Shown here: positions 47,102 to 55,988 of the stretch, piece by piece
Position numbering within the stretch: position 1 is the stretch's first letter
Layout of the letters: every line of letters begins with the position of its first letter
NCBI GenBank assembly: GCA_012959435.1
Contig: DUDF01000113.1
Location: 3,730-67,729 of the forward strand
Length of the DNA: 64,000 nucleotides
Reading direction: 5' to 3'
Source of the DNA: Candidatus Poseidoniales archaeon
GTDB taxonomy: Archaea; Thermoplasmatota; Poseidoniia; Poseidoniales; Thalassarchaeaceae
Notes under the pieces: model-generated
The model's database searches: none
Seen by the model: only the letters and a program-made list of their open reading frames with translations
What the model was told of the DNA's origin: nothing
Program-made: the position numbers and the translations under genes

Positions 47102-47644
47102 ATGAAGAGGTTGAGTTCTCAATTTTGCGCTGGCCTCTTGGCTCTAATTCTCCTTTTCCCAGGTTGCCTAGGCAACTCTTCAAATGATAGTGAAATGCTA
47201 ACGTTTCCTCAATTCACATCAATTGCAGACGATAATGTAACCTATTCTCTCTCAAATTTCTCGGGTGCCCCATTTATTGTACTATTCTCAGCAGAATGGT
47301 GTGATACACCTTGTCATATGACAATGCATGCCATTAACTCAGCATTAGATGAACCTGCTATGTTTGCAATGAGCACAGATCCTCAGGATAATCCTCAAGG
47401 AATCACCCTTCAAGACTGGCATGAAAAGGCTAGTGCACACGATGACGAGGAGGGAGATGTTGGTCAAACTCTTGGATTCCCATTCATGAAAGGAGTGGAA
47501 GCTGCAATACAATTGGAAATTGATGCTAGGCCAACAATCTTCTTCGTTGACAATGAGGGTTACATTATCAGTATACACGAAGGTGGTATCACTGATGGAG
47601 ATGACATACGAGGCTACTGGACTGCTGCCGGTGGTACAATTTGA
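47102..47644 (+). CDS. Thioredoxin-fold (TlpA/redoxin-like) lipoprotein with atypical CxxxC
   Basis: 180 aa. Lipobox LLFPGCLG. FIVLFSAEWCDTPCH. Confidence 0.5.
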   Translation: MKRLSSQFCAGLLALILLFPGCLGNSSNDSEMLTFPQFTSIADDNVTYSLSNFSGAPFIVLFSAEWCDTPCHMTMHAINSALDEPAMFAMSTDPQDNPQGITLQDWHEKASAHDDEEGDVGQTLGFPFMKGVEAAIQLEIDARPTIFFVDNEGYIISIHEGGITDGDDIRGYWTAAGGTI

Positions 47645-48009
47645 TGCGAGTTCTGGCATTCGAAGATTCCTACGATATTGAAGCATTACTAAGAACTGGT
47701 AATGTTGATACTAGCCAAATCACTATTGAACAGAAATGGAATTCTGAAGATGCTGTTACAGTCATCAAGGAATTTGCGCCTGACATTCTTCTTCTAGACC
47801 AATTCATGCCGCCATTCAAAGGATTAGAAGTTCTTAGAATGCTAAATGATGCTGTCAGTGCAGAAGAAGTAAAACGGCCTAACAAAATCATCGGGATTAG
47901 TTCTGCAGGGTTTGCAAATCGAGCTATGCTCAATGCCGGCGCAGACCAAGCAATTTTGAAATTCGAAGTCGCAAGTCTCAATGTTTGGGCAAAGAATTCT
48001 GATAAATGA
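47641..48009 (+). CDS. Single-domain response regulator (CheY-like receiver)
   Basis: 122 aa, probable ATG start at 47644. Acidic pair VLAFEDS. Phosphoacceptor DILLLDQFMP. S/T in IIGISSAG. Lys in GADQAILKF. Confidence 0.6.
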   Translation: MMRVLAFEDSYDIEALLRTGNVDTSQITIEQKWNSEDAVTVIKEFAPDILLLDQFMPPFKGLEVLRMLNDAVSAEEVKRPNKIIGISSAGFANRAMLNAGADQAILKFEVASLNVWAKNSDK

Positions 48010-48014
48010 ATGGA

Positions 48015-48722
48015 TTATTTACCGGGATACCAATCGTCTTGGCCGGGTTCTCTGAACCACCAAGCCCCATTATCATCCCGCCACCATTCGACATTATCAT
48101 CATCAACATAGTAATCTTCTTCTTCTTCTTCTTCTTCTTCTTCAGAATCAACATCGACACCTTGTTCTCTAAGAATATCTTTCTTGACTTCTGACGCTGT
48201 ATCCTCCACATTGTGGAAAACACGACCTGCTACTGGGTCTTGTGATTGCATTTGTTCGTGATCACCAGAAGCAATTGCTTCATCACTATCTTTGTAGAAT
48301 TCTTCAGCCATCTCACGCTTGTAGTCATCATACTCATCTGAACCCCAAGAACCTTGGAAAGTATCGCTGGGACCACGCATCAAATCATCAAGGTTCACTG
48401 GTCCACCCAATTCTAATTCGGGTGCATCTGGCATATTTTCATCATCATAGAATTCGTCGGATTCAGCTAATAATTTTGGAAATGTTCTGTCACCAGGATA
48501 AGCAGTCTCAATATCTTCAACCAATAGGTCATGCTCCTCTTCGTCTAGATTCTCTTGTTCGTACTCTCGTCTGACAATCTTAACAATCTTGGTCAACTCT
48601 TTACCCAATTCACCCTTCTTAGTTTTAGCAGCGGTTTTCTCAATATGCCGGCTTAAACGGTCATATGGTGTGCCTGTTAAGCCACCGAGAAAACCACCTA
48701 ACCCCTTCTTCTTACCCGCCAT
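48015..48722 (-). CDS. Extremely acidic hypothetical protein with poly-Glu tract and Trp-rich acidic C-terminus
   Basis: 235 aa. SEEEEEEEEEDYYVDDDNVEWWRDDNGAWWFREPGQDDWYPGK. Confidence 0.6.
   Translation of the reverse strand: MAGKKKGLGGFLGGLTGTPYDRLSRHIEKTAAKTKKGELGKELTKIVKIVRREYEQENLDEEEHDLLVEDIETAYPGDRTFPKLLAESDEFYDDENMPDAPELELGGPVNLDDLMRGPSDTFQGSWGSDEYDDYKREMAEEFYKDSDEAIASGDHEQMQSQDPVAGRVFHNVEDTASEVKKDILREQGVDVDSEEEEEEEEEDYYVDDDNVEWWRDDNGAWWFREPGQDDWYPGK
48115..48143. repeat. (TTC/GAA)n trinucleotide microsatellite, about 9.7 units, in-frame (poly-Glu) within CDS 48015-48722
   Basis: tcttcttcttcttcttcttcttcttcttc read directly from the sequence. Confidence 0.9.
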
Positions 48723-48746
48723 GGTATCGCCTGCGACACTGATGCA

Positions 48747-49538
48747 GTGCCAATCCTGTTAAGGATTCACCGCCGGAGCGTGTCCATGGTAGATGGTTGG
48801 CTAGCCCAAGCAATGGCAGCGTACAATGCCGAATCACTCGCCAATAAAGAGGGATATCGTGGCCTCGTTATGATGCCGGGTGAAACACTTGAACAAATCC
48901 TCCATTGGACATTAGAATCACTTCCAGACGAAATTCTAATTGGGTTAGATGCTGATAACAACCGACCTCATCGCCAAGAAGTTGATGAAATGTTTGAGGG
49001 TGGCGATCATGAAAATGGGTTGTTTGCTGGAGAGGGTTACATCTTAGGGGAGGCAACAATAGTGAATCGCGGTGACTCTTTCTCCGTCCACCATGTTCCT
49101 GAAGAATGGACTGACGGGATTTTTTCAGAAAGCCGCGGTCCAAGAGGTGGGAGGTTCGTACACTGGTTACACACCCATCCTAACGCAGTGGCTGTGCCAT
49201 CCAAACAAGATGCTGATGCGGCTCAGTACACTCTTGGCGTTGACATGATTTTAGGAATTGAATTCTCACCATCAGGGCCATTTGGTTGGTATGATGATAC
49301 AGATGGGGTGCGCAGAAAATTGCAACCTGAACAGGTCGCTCCTGTGCGCCAAAAGCGCGGTTGGGGTAGATGGAGAAATTCTCCTGAAAAACCAGTTTTG
49401 GGTGTTGCCCCAACAGGCCACAGTATTCACGGATTGGAATTGATTTCATTTCATAGGTCTGGCACTGCAGTCAATGTCATATTTGTTGATGAAGAAGGAT
49501 ACCCCTACGGTTGGGAAAAATTCCAATCATCAACTTGA
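48747..49538 (+). CDS. JAB/MPN (JAMM) metalloprotease-like protein
   Basis: HWLHTHPNAVAVPSKQDADAA gives an exact HxHx7Sx2D JAMM motif. Probable start at the internal Met (about 48786). Confidence 0.6.
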   Translation: MPILLRIHRRSVSMVDGWLAQAMAAYNAESLANKEGYRGLVMMPGETLEQILHWTLESLPDEILIGLDADNNRPHRQEVDEMFEGGDHENGLFAGEGYILGEATIVNRGDSFSVHHVPEEWTDGIFSESRGPRGGRFVHWLHTHPNAVAVPSKQDADAAQYTLGVDMILGIEFSPSGPFGWYDDTDGVRRKLQPEQVAPVRQKRGWGRWRNSPEKPVLGVAPTGHSIHGLELISFHRSGTAVNVIFVDEEGYPYGWEKFQSST

Positions 49539-49551
49539 TTGAATGAAAGCC

Positions 49552-50088
49552 TCAAGATTTGAATATTCTTTCTCGGTAATATGCCAATTCGGCTACGGAT
49601 TCAAGAATGTCATCAAGGGCACGATGACCTCCTGTTTTTTCCATTGAAGGAATTTCTGGATTCCATCTTTTTGCCAACTCCTTTACAGTTGATACATCAA
49701 TGCTACGATAATGAAAATGGGAATGTAACTCTGGCATATAGCGCCTCAGAAATCTTCGGTCTTGAGAAATTGTATTTCCACAAAGGGGTGAGGAACGAGG
49801 ATCGGTGTATTGGCGAACAAACTCTAGAGTCAGCCGTTCTGCCTCGGCGTCATCAATATCACTCTCTAGAACCTGCTCTACTAGCCCACTGTCGTTGTGG
49901 TGGGTTGTATTCCACTCGTCCATTCCTGCTAACAAATCTGCAGGCTGGTTAATCGCTAGGCATGGACCTTCAGCGATGATGTTCAATTCAGCATCTGTGA
50001 TGATTGTTGCAATCTCAATAATACGGTTTTCAGCAGGATCTAATCCTGTGAATTCGCAGTCAATCCACACCAAGTTGTCGCCTGTCAT
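49552..50088 (-). CDS. orn: Oligoribonuclease (DEDDh 3'-5' exonuclease)
   Basis: 178 aa, near-collinear with bacterial Orn. [84 protein letters not shown]. Confidence 0.9.
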   Translation of the reverse strand: MTGDNLVWIDCEFTGLDPAENRIIEIATIITDAELNIIAEGPCLAINQPADLLAGMDEWNTTHHNDSGLVEQVLESDIDDAEAERLTLEFVRQYTDPRSSPLCGNTISQDRRFLRRYMPELHSHFHYRSIDVSTVKELAKRWNPEIPSMEKTGGHRALDDILESVAELAYYRERIFKS

Positions 50089-50174
50089 TCGCTTAGCGGC
50101 GTAGTTAGTTGTTGAAGAGGCTTCGCCTGACTAATTGGGGCCATGTTGTTAGGTAAGAGGCTTCAGGAGAAGGC

Positions 50175-51449
50175 ATGCAAGAACAGGAGGTCGGTTTTAT
50201 TGAACTCCTACGAGTCAATTCGACGTTCCGAAAGTACTGGGTTGGGAATACAATTTCCATGCTTGGTGAATGGTTCAACACGGTCGCACTTTTTGTCCTA
50301 ATTGACCAACTTACCGGCTCCGAATTGGCTCTTGGTCTGCTGTTTGTTCTGCGAATGTTCTCCCTGGCTTTTCCACAAGTATTCACCGGCATGCTCGCTG
50401 ACAGATTTAGTCGTAAATGGCTGATGGTTGGAGCAAATTTTGCATCTGCTATAGCAGTTGCTGGATTTTTACTGATTGATTCAAAAGCTGATGTTTGGTT
50501 GGTATATTTCTTGTCAGCATTATTGATGCTGTTTCATGCAATCTATTTGCCGGCTGAAAATGCCACAATGCCAAATATCACCAAGCCGAATGAATTGCTG
50601 ACTGCAAATGCAATGAATTCAGCAACTTGGTCTGCATCTTTAGCAATTGGTTCTGCTGTTGGGGGTGCTGTGGTCGCAAGCCACGGCGTTCAAATCGCCT
50701 TCATTGTCAACTCAATTGCTTTCATTGTAGCAGGTTTAATCATTGCAAGCATGAATATTCCACAACAAAAAGTGAAAACCCCGGAAGGCAATTTCATTGC
50801 TTCAAGTCTGTCACAAGTGAAAGAAGGATTTCGAATCATCATTAGAACCCCGAGAATTTCACGAATCATTACCGCCAAAGCAGCTTGGGGATTATTTGGT
50901 GGTGGACTAGTCTACATGTTGATTCTAGTCGGTGCTGACATCGGATTGGGAGAAGTTGCCGCTGGAATCGGACTTCTATTCGCGGCTAGAGGAGTTGGTA
51001 CTGGATTAGGCCCAATCCTTGCAAGATATGCTTTCACCAACCGAGAAAACTGGCCACTATTAATCGGCCGGTTGATATCTGTTTGTGGTATTGGATACAT
51101 CGCTATGGGATGGCTTAGTTGGGGCTGGTGGGTAGCCCTTTTCGTAGTCTTTTCTCATGCTGCAAGTGGAGCAAATTGGGTCATATCAACCGTCCTTCTA
51201 CAAGAAAGGAGTGAGGATGAATGGCGCGGGCGAATGTTTTCCACCGACTTCCTATTGCTTACTATGGTAAATGGGATTTCCACCTTGGCAGCAAGCCTAA
51301 TTCTAGAGTATACAGATATCGGCCTGAGAGAATTAGTACAAATTTTCGCAGTTGGTCAACTGCTGTCTGGAATCTTATGGGTCGTGCTGATTGCACCCGG
51401 CGAGAAAAAATACCTCGCCATGAAAAGGGAAGAAGAAGCACAAAACTGA
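50175..51449 (+). CDS. MFS transporter
   Basis: 424 aa, 12 predicted TM. MFS-type motif GMLADRFSRK. Confidence 0.8.
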   Translation: MQEQEVGFIELLRVNSTFRKYWVGNTISMLGEWFNTVALFVLIDQLTGSELALGLLFVLRMFSLAFPQVFTGMLADRFSRKWLMVGANFASAIAVAGFLLIDSKADVWLVYFLSALLMLFHAIYLPAENATMPNITKPNELLTANAMNSATWSASLAIGSAVGGAVVASHGVQIAFIVNSIAFIVAGLIIASMNIPQQKVKTPEGNFIASSLSQVKEGFRIIIRTPRISRIITAKAAWGLFGGGLVYMLILVGADIGLGEVAAGIGLLFAARGVGTGLGPILARYAFTNRENWPLLIGRLISVCGIGYIAMGWLSWGWWVALFVVFSHAASGANWVISTVLLQERSEDEWRGRMFSTDFLLLTMVNGISTLAASLILEYTDIGLRELVQIFAVGQLLSGILWVVLIAPGEKKYLAMKREEEAQN

Positions 51450-51458
51450 GTTGAATGC

Positions 51459-52085
51459 ATGGACCCTACACGACTAGCAACTGATGTTTTTTCAGAATGG
51501 GCTGAACTAGGCCGTGATGCCGGTATGGAAAAGGGCCATTCTGCCTCCGTTTCAGAGATGCTAGAGGCGGCAATACCAAACTTACCACAGCCATTCTCAG
51601 CTATTGACATCGGCTGTGGTAACGGATGGGTTGTACGTAAATTTACAACCCTTGGCGCCAACAAAACAGACGGAGTTGATGGAGCAGAACAAATGGTACT
51701 GCGAGCCCGTGAAATTGACCCACAAGGAAATTATCATCTCGCGCAGTTGCCTGAATGGGCCCCCGAAAACCGGTTCGATTTGGTGCACACTATGGAATTT
51801 CTATACTACCTGAAAAGCCCCCAAGAAATGCTAACTAAAATCCATGATGTTTGGCTTGAAGATGGTGGTTGGTTAATCGCTGGAGTTGACCATTACCTTG
51901 AGCATGAGGAAAGTCTAGATTGGCCAGAAAAACTCAATGTCCACATGACAACAATGAGTATTGTCGAATGGAAAAATGCACTACAAAATGCAGGATTTCA
52001 GAATATAAGAATCTGGCAAGCCGCATCCTCAGATAAGTTCCCTGGCACCCTTGCAATGCTTGGCCAACGTGCGTTGAATTCATGA
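51459..52085 (+). CDS. Class I SAM-dependent methyltransferase
   Basis: AIDIGCGNGW motif I. Confidence 0.7.
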   Translation: MDPTRLATDVFSEWAELGRDAGMEKGHSASVSEMLEAAIPNLPQPFSAIDIGCGNGWVVRKFTTLGANKTDGVDGAEQMVLRAREIDPQGNYHLAQLPEWAPENRFDLVHTMEFLYYLKSPQEMLTKIHDVWLEDGGWLIAGVDHYLEHEESLDWPEKLNVHMTTMSIVEWKNALQNAGFQNIRIWQAASSDKFPGTLAMLGQRALNS

Positions 52086-52537
52086 AGTGCCCGCGATGCG
52101 GCCCGGGCATGAAAGACCTTGTTGACCAAATTGATGGCCGGGGGAAGGCAATGAGTCCAAGCCTTCCTGAAGGTTGTAAGAATTATCTCATCGACATTGA
52201 TGGAACTGTTTGCGAAGATATTCCCAACGAAGAGGCATGGAGAATGGCTGATGCAGAGGTCTTTGATGGCGTTGTTGAAGTCATCAACGGGTGGTTTGAC
52301 GAAGGGCACATCATCACTTTCTTCACTAGCCGAACTGATGAGCATGCCGAGGTGAGTGAGGCGTGGCTAGACAAAAACGGATTCAAGTATCACGGGGTTC
52401 TGTACAACAAGCCTCGTGGCGGAAACTACCACTGGGTTGACAATCACACTGTGCGGGCAACAAGATTCACCTCAAAGTTCACTGAGTTTGTCAAGAGATG
52501 GGCTGAGGTTGAAGTCTTTGATGATGATGAAATCTGA
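52082..52537 (+). CDS. Small HAD-superfamily hydrolase with N-terminal CxxC zinc-ribbon-like element
   Basis: CPRCG. YLIDIDGTV (DxDGT motif I). FFTSR (motif II). NKPRGG (Lys). WVDN. 4-nt overlap with the upstream methyltransferase. Confidence 0.55.
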   Translation: MKCPRCGPGMKDLVDQIDGRGKAMSPSLPEGCKNYLIDIDGTVCEDIPNEEAWRMADAEVFDGVVEVINGWFDEGHIITFFTSRTDEHAEVSEAWLDKNGFKYHGVLYNKPRGGNYHWVDNHTVRATRFTSKFTEFVKRWAEVEVFDDDEI

Positions 52538-52567
52538 GTTACCAGAAGTTGTAAAGTCCAACGAGGA

Positions 52568-53380
52568 CTACAATTGGGGCATTAGATAGATAATGAATAG
52601 TAACCACAATATTGGAAAAATACTCCAAAAGATGGTAGTTGCGATTTCTGAAATACCACGCTCTGTGATTTGTTTAAAGTGGGATTCTAATGTGTCATCA
52701 AATTTTCTTACTGCTGCATCAATCCCTTCCCTAACTAAAACAAGTGGGGCTTCCAAAATTGTATCGATTGCATCTAGAACATTTACTAGCACTTTTGCAC
52801 CTGGAATATTTGAGCCTTGGTCACTTTCTAATTTATCCTTAGCAGACTTTCTGATTGTTCTTTTTACTAGGCTTTTTCCAAGTTTAGCTAATCCTCTTTT
52901 CCACCCAACTAATATTGTAAGACCTGCACTAATGCTAATTTGAAATGTCTCTAATTTGGTTTCAAAATTAATGATTTTTTCAAGTAACTCATTGAGGAAT
53001 TGATTTGCACTCATTGAACGACGTATGTCTACTACCAACCAAAATATCAAGCCGGTGACTGTGACAATAGTGGTTAAAGAACCGAGTTCTTCTAACGAAA
53101 TTTCTCCAAAGGCAGTTTTCCAAAATATTATTGCCGCAAATAGGTAAGGAATTATGAGAAGTATGGTTTCCCTTAAAATGAATTCTTTCATCCCAGGAAT
53201 TTTCAAATTATTAATTTCTGTAATCGTATTTTTGACTTGTCCATGCAGATGTATTCTCGCCTTGTTCAATGGTGATGATAACATGTAAACTCTAACAAAT
53301 AATGGAATAATGAGCAATAAGAAAAAAATATCTCTTAGAGATGATGGGGGTATTGAAGGCAATATGCTAGTAAATGACAT
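52568..53380 (-). CDS. Membrane protein, unknown function (paralog of next gene)
   Basis: 270 aa. N- and C-terminal TM segments. Basic amphipathic middle. Confidence 0.5.
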   Translation of the reverse strand: MSFTSILPSIPPSSLRDIFFLLLIIPLFVRVYMLSSPLNKARIHLHGQVKNTITEINNLKIPGMKEFILRETILLIIPYLFAAIIFWKTAFGEISLEELGSLTTIVTVTGLIFWLVVDIRRSMSANQFLNELLEKIINFETKLETFQISISAGLTILVGWKRGLAKLGKSLVKRTIRKSAKDKLESDQGSNIPGAKVLVNVLDAIDTILEAPLVLVREGIDAAVRKFDDTLESHFKQITERGISEIATTIFWSIFPILWLLFIIYLMPQL

Positions 53381-53389
53381 TATTTCACC

Positions 53390-54211
53390 TCAAAAGAAAA
53401 ATTGGATACAATATAAGATGGATAAAGGCATTAAATTCAAGGCTAAACCCTTGCCAACCCTCTTCCATGAATGAATAGAAGCAAGCATGGAATCAAACTC
53501 CTTCTGTGCTCTTTCATCTATTTTTGCAGCAGCAATTTTAGCGGTTTCTTTAGTTACTTTTCTAACAGCCATTGCCTGGGGGACAAGTTTCAAAGCATTC
53601 TTAATTTTCTTCCCAACACCAACATCATCTGACTCTTCCCCCATCTCCGCAGGACTGTTAACAATTTCCATTTGTGATAAATTATCTAACTTCTCTCTTC
53701 CCCAGCCAAAAGTTTTCATCATATTTTTCACCATACCTGGATGTTTCAATGCATCATATAAAATATTTGAAGAGTGAAGTATAGCATTAACTGATCTTCT
53801 AGTTTTGATGATGTCACGGGTTTCAAAAAAAGACCAAATCGCGAATAATAATATGCAAGCAATCAAGAAATTTTGTGAAGTTGGCCAAGGAGATACAGGA
53901 GGGCCGATAAACAAACGCCCACTTAACGCAATTATACTAGGAAATATGAGCAATAATAATTCACCAAAAATTAATCCATAAACTCCTTTTAATCCCGTAG
54001 CCTTTACTATTCGCCGCAACTGAATCCACAGAGTTTTCTTATCTTTACCATACTTGGTCAACAAACCTTCGTAAGGCCCCCATAACATCAGAACTCTCAA
54101 GATAAAATGGAGTGCTAAAACGTATAGATATGCCATCCATAAATCTGAAGGTGGAAATGAAAGAACAAGAGGCCCGAAAGGAACGAGAAGAAATGGAGCA
54201 CCAAATGCCAT
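53390..54211 (-). CDS. Membrane protein, unknown function (paralog of previous gene)
   Basis: 273 aa. Similar architecture (ILRVLMLWGP vs FVRVYMLSSP; GWGREKL vs GWKRGLAKL). Confidence 0.5.
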   Translation of the reverse strand: MAFGAPFLLVPFGPLVLSFPPSDLWMAYLYVLALHFILRVLMLWGPYEGLLTKYGKDKKTLWIQLRRIVKATGLKGVYGLIFGELLLLIFPSIIALSGRLFIGPPVSPWPTSQNFLIACILLFAIWSFFETRDIIKTRRSVNAILHSSNILYDALKHPGMVKNMMKTFGWGREKLDNLSQMEIVNSPAEMGEESDDVGVGKKIKNALKLVPQAMAVRKVTKETAKIAAAKIDERAQKEFDSMLASIHSWKRVGKGLALNLMPLSILYCIQFFF

Positions 54212-54433
54212 GTTATCCCTCCGTGGGTATGCAGTTGATTAGCGCATCGGAGATAATCACCATACTGATTTACCTATGCTCATCAATAAAGTCTGCATCT
54301 GTGCTGATTACTTTGACATATTCTCCATCCTTTGTTTGATGGACATCATATCTTATCCCATCATAAAGAGAAGCACCAATGAATCCACCTACAATCCCGA
54401 AAATTATTGAGAAGAATGGATTTACCATCTTAT

Positions 54434-54631
54434 TCACTTCTCGAGTTCTGGCACAAATGCATTGTTAACAATAGAGCGGGCCTTATCTTCAAATGAATCA
54501 ATCAAGTTGCACGCGTTGCGTCCGAACTTTCTCCCAGTGGCATATGACATTCCTGCAGTACCACTAATTGTGATTGCTCTGACTGTCCAAATAGCCGTGC
54601 TAATTCCAATACCAGCAATCAAAGGAATCAC
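54434..54631 (-). CDS. Small membrane protein
   Basis: 65 aa, one TM. Start overlaps the upstream stop (ATGA). Confidence 0.35.
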   Translation of the reverse strand: MIPLIAGIGISTAIWTVRAITISGTAGMSYATGRKFGRNACNLIDSFEDKARSIVNNAFVPELEK

Positions 54632-54828
54632 TTCTTACCCCTCCTTGATTTCTTAGTCTCATCTTTCACAACTACTACCTCTTGAACTGAACCATCTCTA
54701 TTTCGTAGATCTTCTTCATCAGCATAACGGCGGAAATAATGACGGTAGCTACTATGAGCAACCCCCGCCACAAAAAAACCAGCCGCTGCTATTACCGTTC
54801 CTGCAAACATATTCTGTATCATTTTCAT
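54628..54828 (-). CDS. Small membrane protein with basic C-terminus
   Basis: 66 aa. TM AGTVIAAAGFFVAGVA. Tail KKSRRGKK. Confidence 0.4.
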   Translation of the reverse strand: MKMIQNMFAGTVIAAAGFFVAGVAHSSYRHYFRRYADEEDLRNRDGSVQEVVVVKDETKKSRRGKK

Positions 54829-55127
54829 TCACTCTCCATTTTTTCTTCATTTTCTTCTATGTCGGACTCTTTCCTAGCCTGGCCTGTTACAACTTTAGTA
54901 ACACTCGTACCAATAGTACCAACAACATTGCCAGCAGTCTCGATGCCTACCTTGGTAACCTCGCCTGTAACATCAATGACCGCGCTTATCACACGGCCAC
55001 CACCAACTGCTAGGTGAACGACTGTCTCTTCACCTGCATTGACCATTTCTTTTACTGCTGCAGTAAATTCATCAACCAAAGAGGTGAGACCTTTCGATAC
55101 CTTGTCAACCGGTTTTTTGCCCGTCAT
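54825..55127 (-). CDS. Small Gly/Val-rich protein
   Basis: Probable start MTGKKPVDK (ORF extends to 55241). VGGGRVISAVIDVTGEVTKVGIETAGNVVGTIGT. Confidence 0.4.
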   Translation of the reverse strand: MTGKKPVDKVSKGLTSLVDEFTAAVKEMVNAGEETVVHLAVGGGRVISAVIDVTGEVTKVGIETAGNVVGTIGTSVTKVVTGQARKESDIEENEEKMESE

Positions 55128-55191
55128 GAAACTGCGATAGCGGTTGGAGTAATATAGTGCGGAGAGGAAACTTAGGGGGTTAGTGGATCTC

Positions 55192-55599
55192 CTAAAATGG
55201 GTCTGATGGTAAATAGAAAAATGATTCGGGATAGTATTCACCGCGTTGACATAATTGGATTAAACGACCGATGTCAGAGCGCCACGTGCGCCCAACTGGA
55301 GTGATGTTAAAATGCAATTGTGGATGTCCACCCCGCCCCTTTTTACCTTCGTCAATACATTCAATTAGCCCCAAATCCGTGAGTTTTTCAAGGTGAATAC
55401 GCAATTCTTTACGATCTATTCCTGTTGCCCTCTCAATGCGCACAAGACGCCTTGAATCAAAATCCTCAGCTCGCATTCTCGAAAGATACAACAGAATGCG
55501 GTAAATTGAGACAGGTAAATCCCTCTGCTTCCTCATACTATCATTAATGGGGACTAGTGACCCCCTAATTTTGTTATCGGTAATGAACACAAGTATCAT
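55192..55599 (-). CDS. wHTH transcriptional regulator (PadR/ArsR-like)
   Basis: Probable start at the internal Met (about 55536). IYRILLYLSRMRAEDFDSRRLVRIERATGIDRKELRIHLEKLTDLGLIE. Confidence 0.55.
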   Translation of the reverse strand: MILVFITDNKIRGSLVPINDSMRKQRDLPVSIYRILLYLSRMRAEDFDSRRLVRIERATGIDRKELRIHLEKLTDLGLIECIDEGKKGRGGHPQLHFNITPVGRTWRSDIGRLIQLCQRGEYYPESFFYLPSDPF

Positions 55600-55987
55600 C
55601 CCCTATATGTGGGTGCAACAAGTAATGGCATTCAATCACAACTTATCAGATTGGCTCGGAATCTCAATTGATGATGAATGGTTAGAGGAAAATGTCCGCT
55701 GGAAGGACTTTGGAACCGGCGTAAGATTAGGACGACTGGCCCGCGAAGGTGATTGCTCACTAGTGTTGTACGACGCAGATTCCGATGTGGAGGTGGAGGC
55801 TTTTATGCCCCACATGCACCCAGGGGGAGAGGCTTATCTTGTCCTACGCGGAGAGGTCTACGATGAGGCTGGAACTTATCCACAAGGAACCCTCGTATGG
55901 ATGGACCCGGATACCACGCATAACCCAAAGACCCGCGAAAAAACCCTGATTCTAGTGCTTTGGCCAAAAGGCGTTAAAATTGTGTGA
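55547..55987 (+). CDS. Cupin domain protein
   Basis: FMPHMHPGGEAYLVLRGEV (G(x)5HxH(x)3-4E motif). Probable start at an internal Met (about 55607 or 55628). Confidence 0.6.
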   Translation: MGTSDPLILLSVMNTSIIPYMWVQQVMAFNHNLSDWLGISIDDEWLEENVRWKDFGTGVRLGRLAREGDCSLVLYDADSDVEVEAFMPHMHPGGEAYLVLRGEVYDEAGTYPQGTLVWMDPDTTHNPKTREKTLILVLWPKGVKIV

Positions 55988-55988
55988 A

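Noticed and set aside
48006-48223. ORFs 48006-48194 (+) and 47978-48223 (-) with poly-F / poly-K runs
   Set aside because: They are alternative-frame readings of the (TTC/GAA)n microsatellite inside the acidic-protein CDS at 48015-48722. They are not independent genes and not a CRISPR or poly-T terminator.
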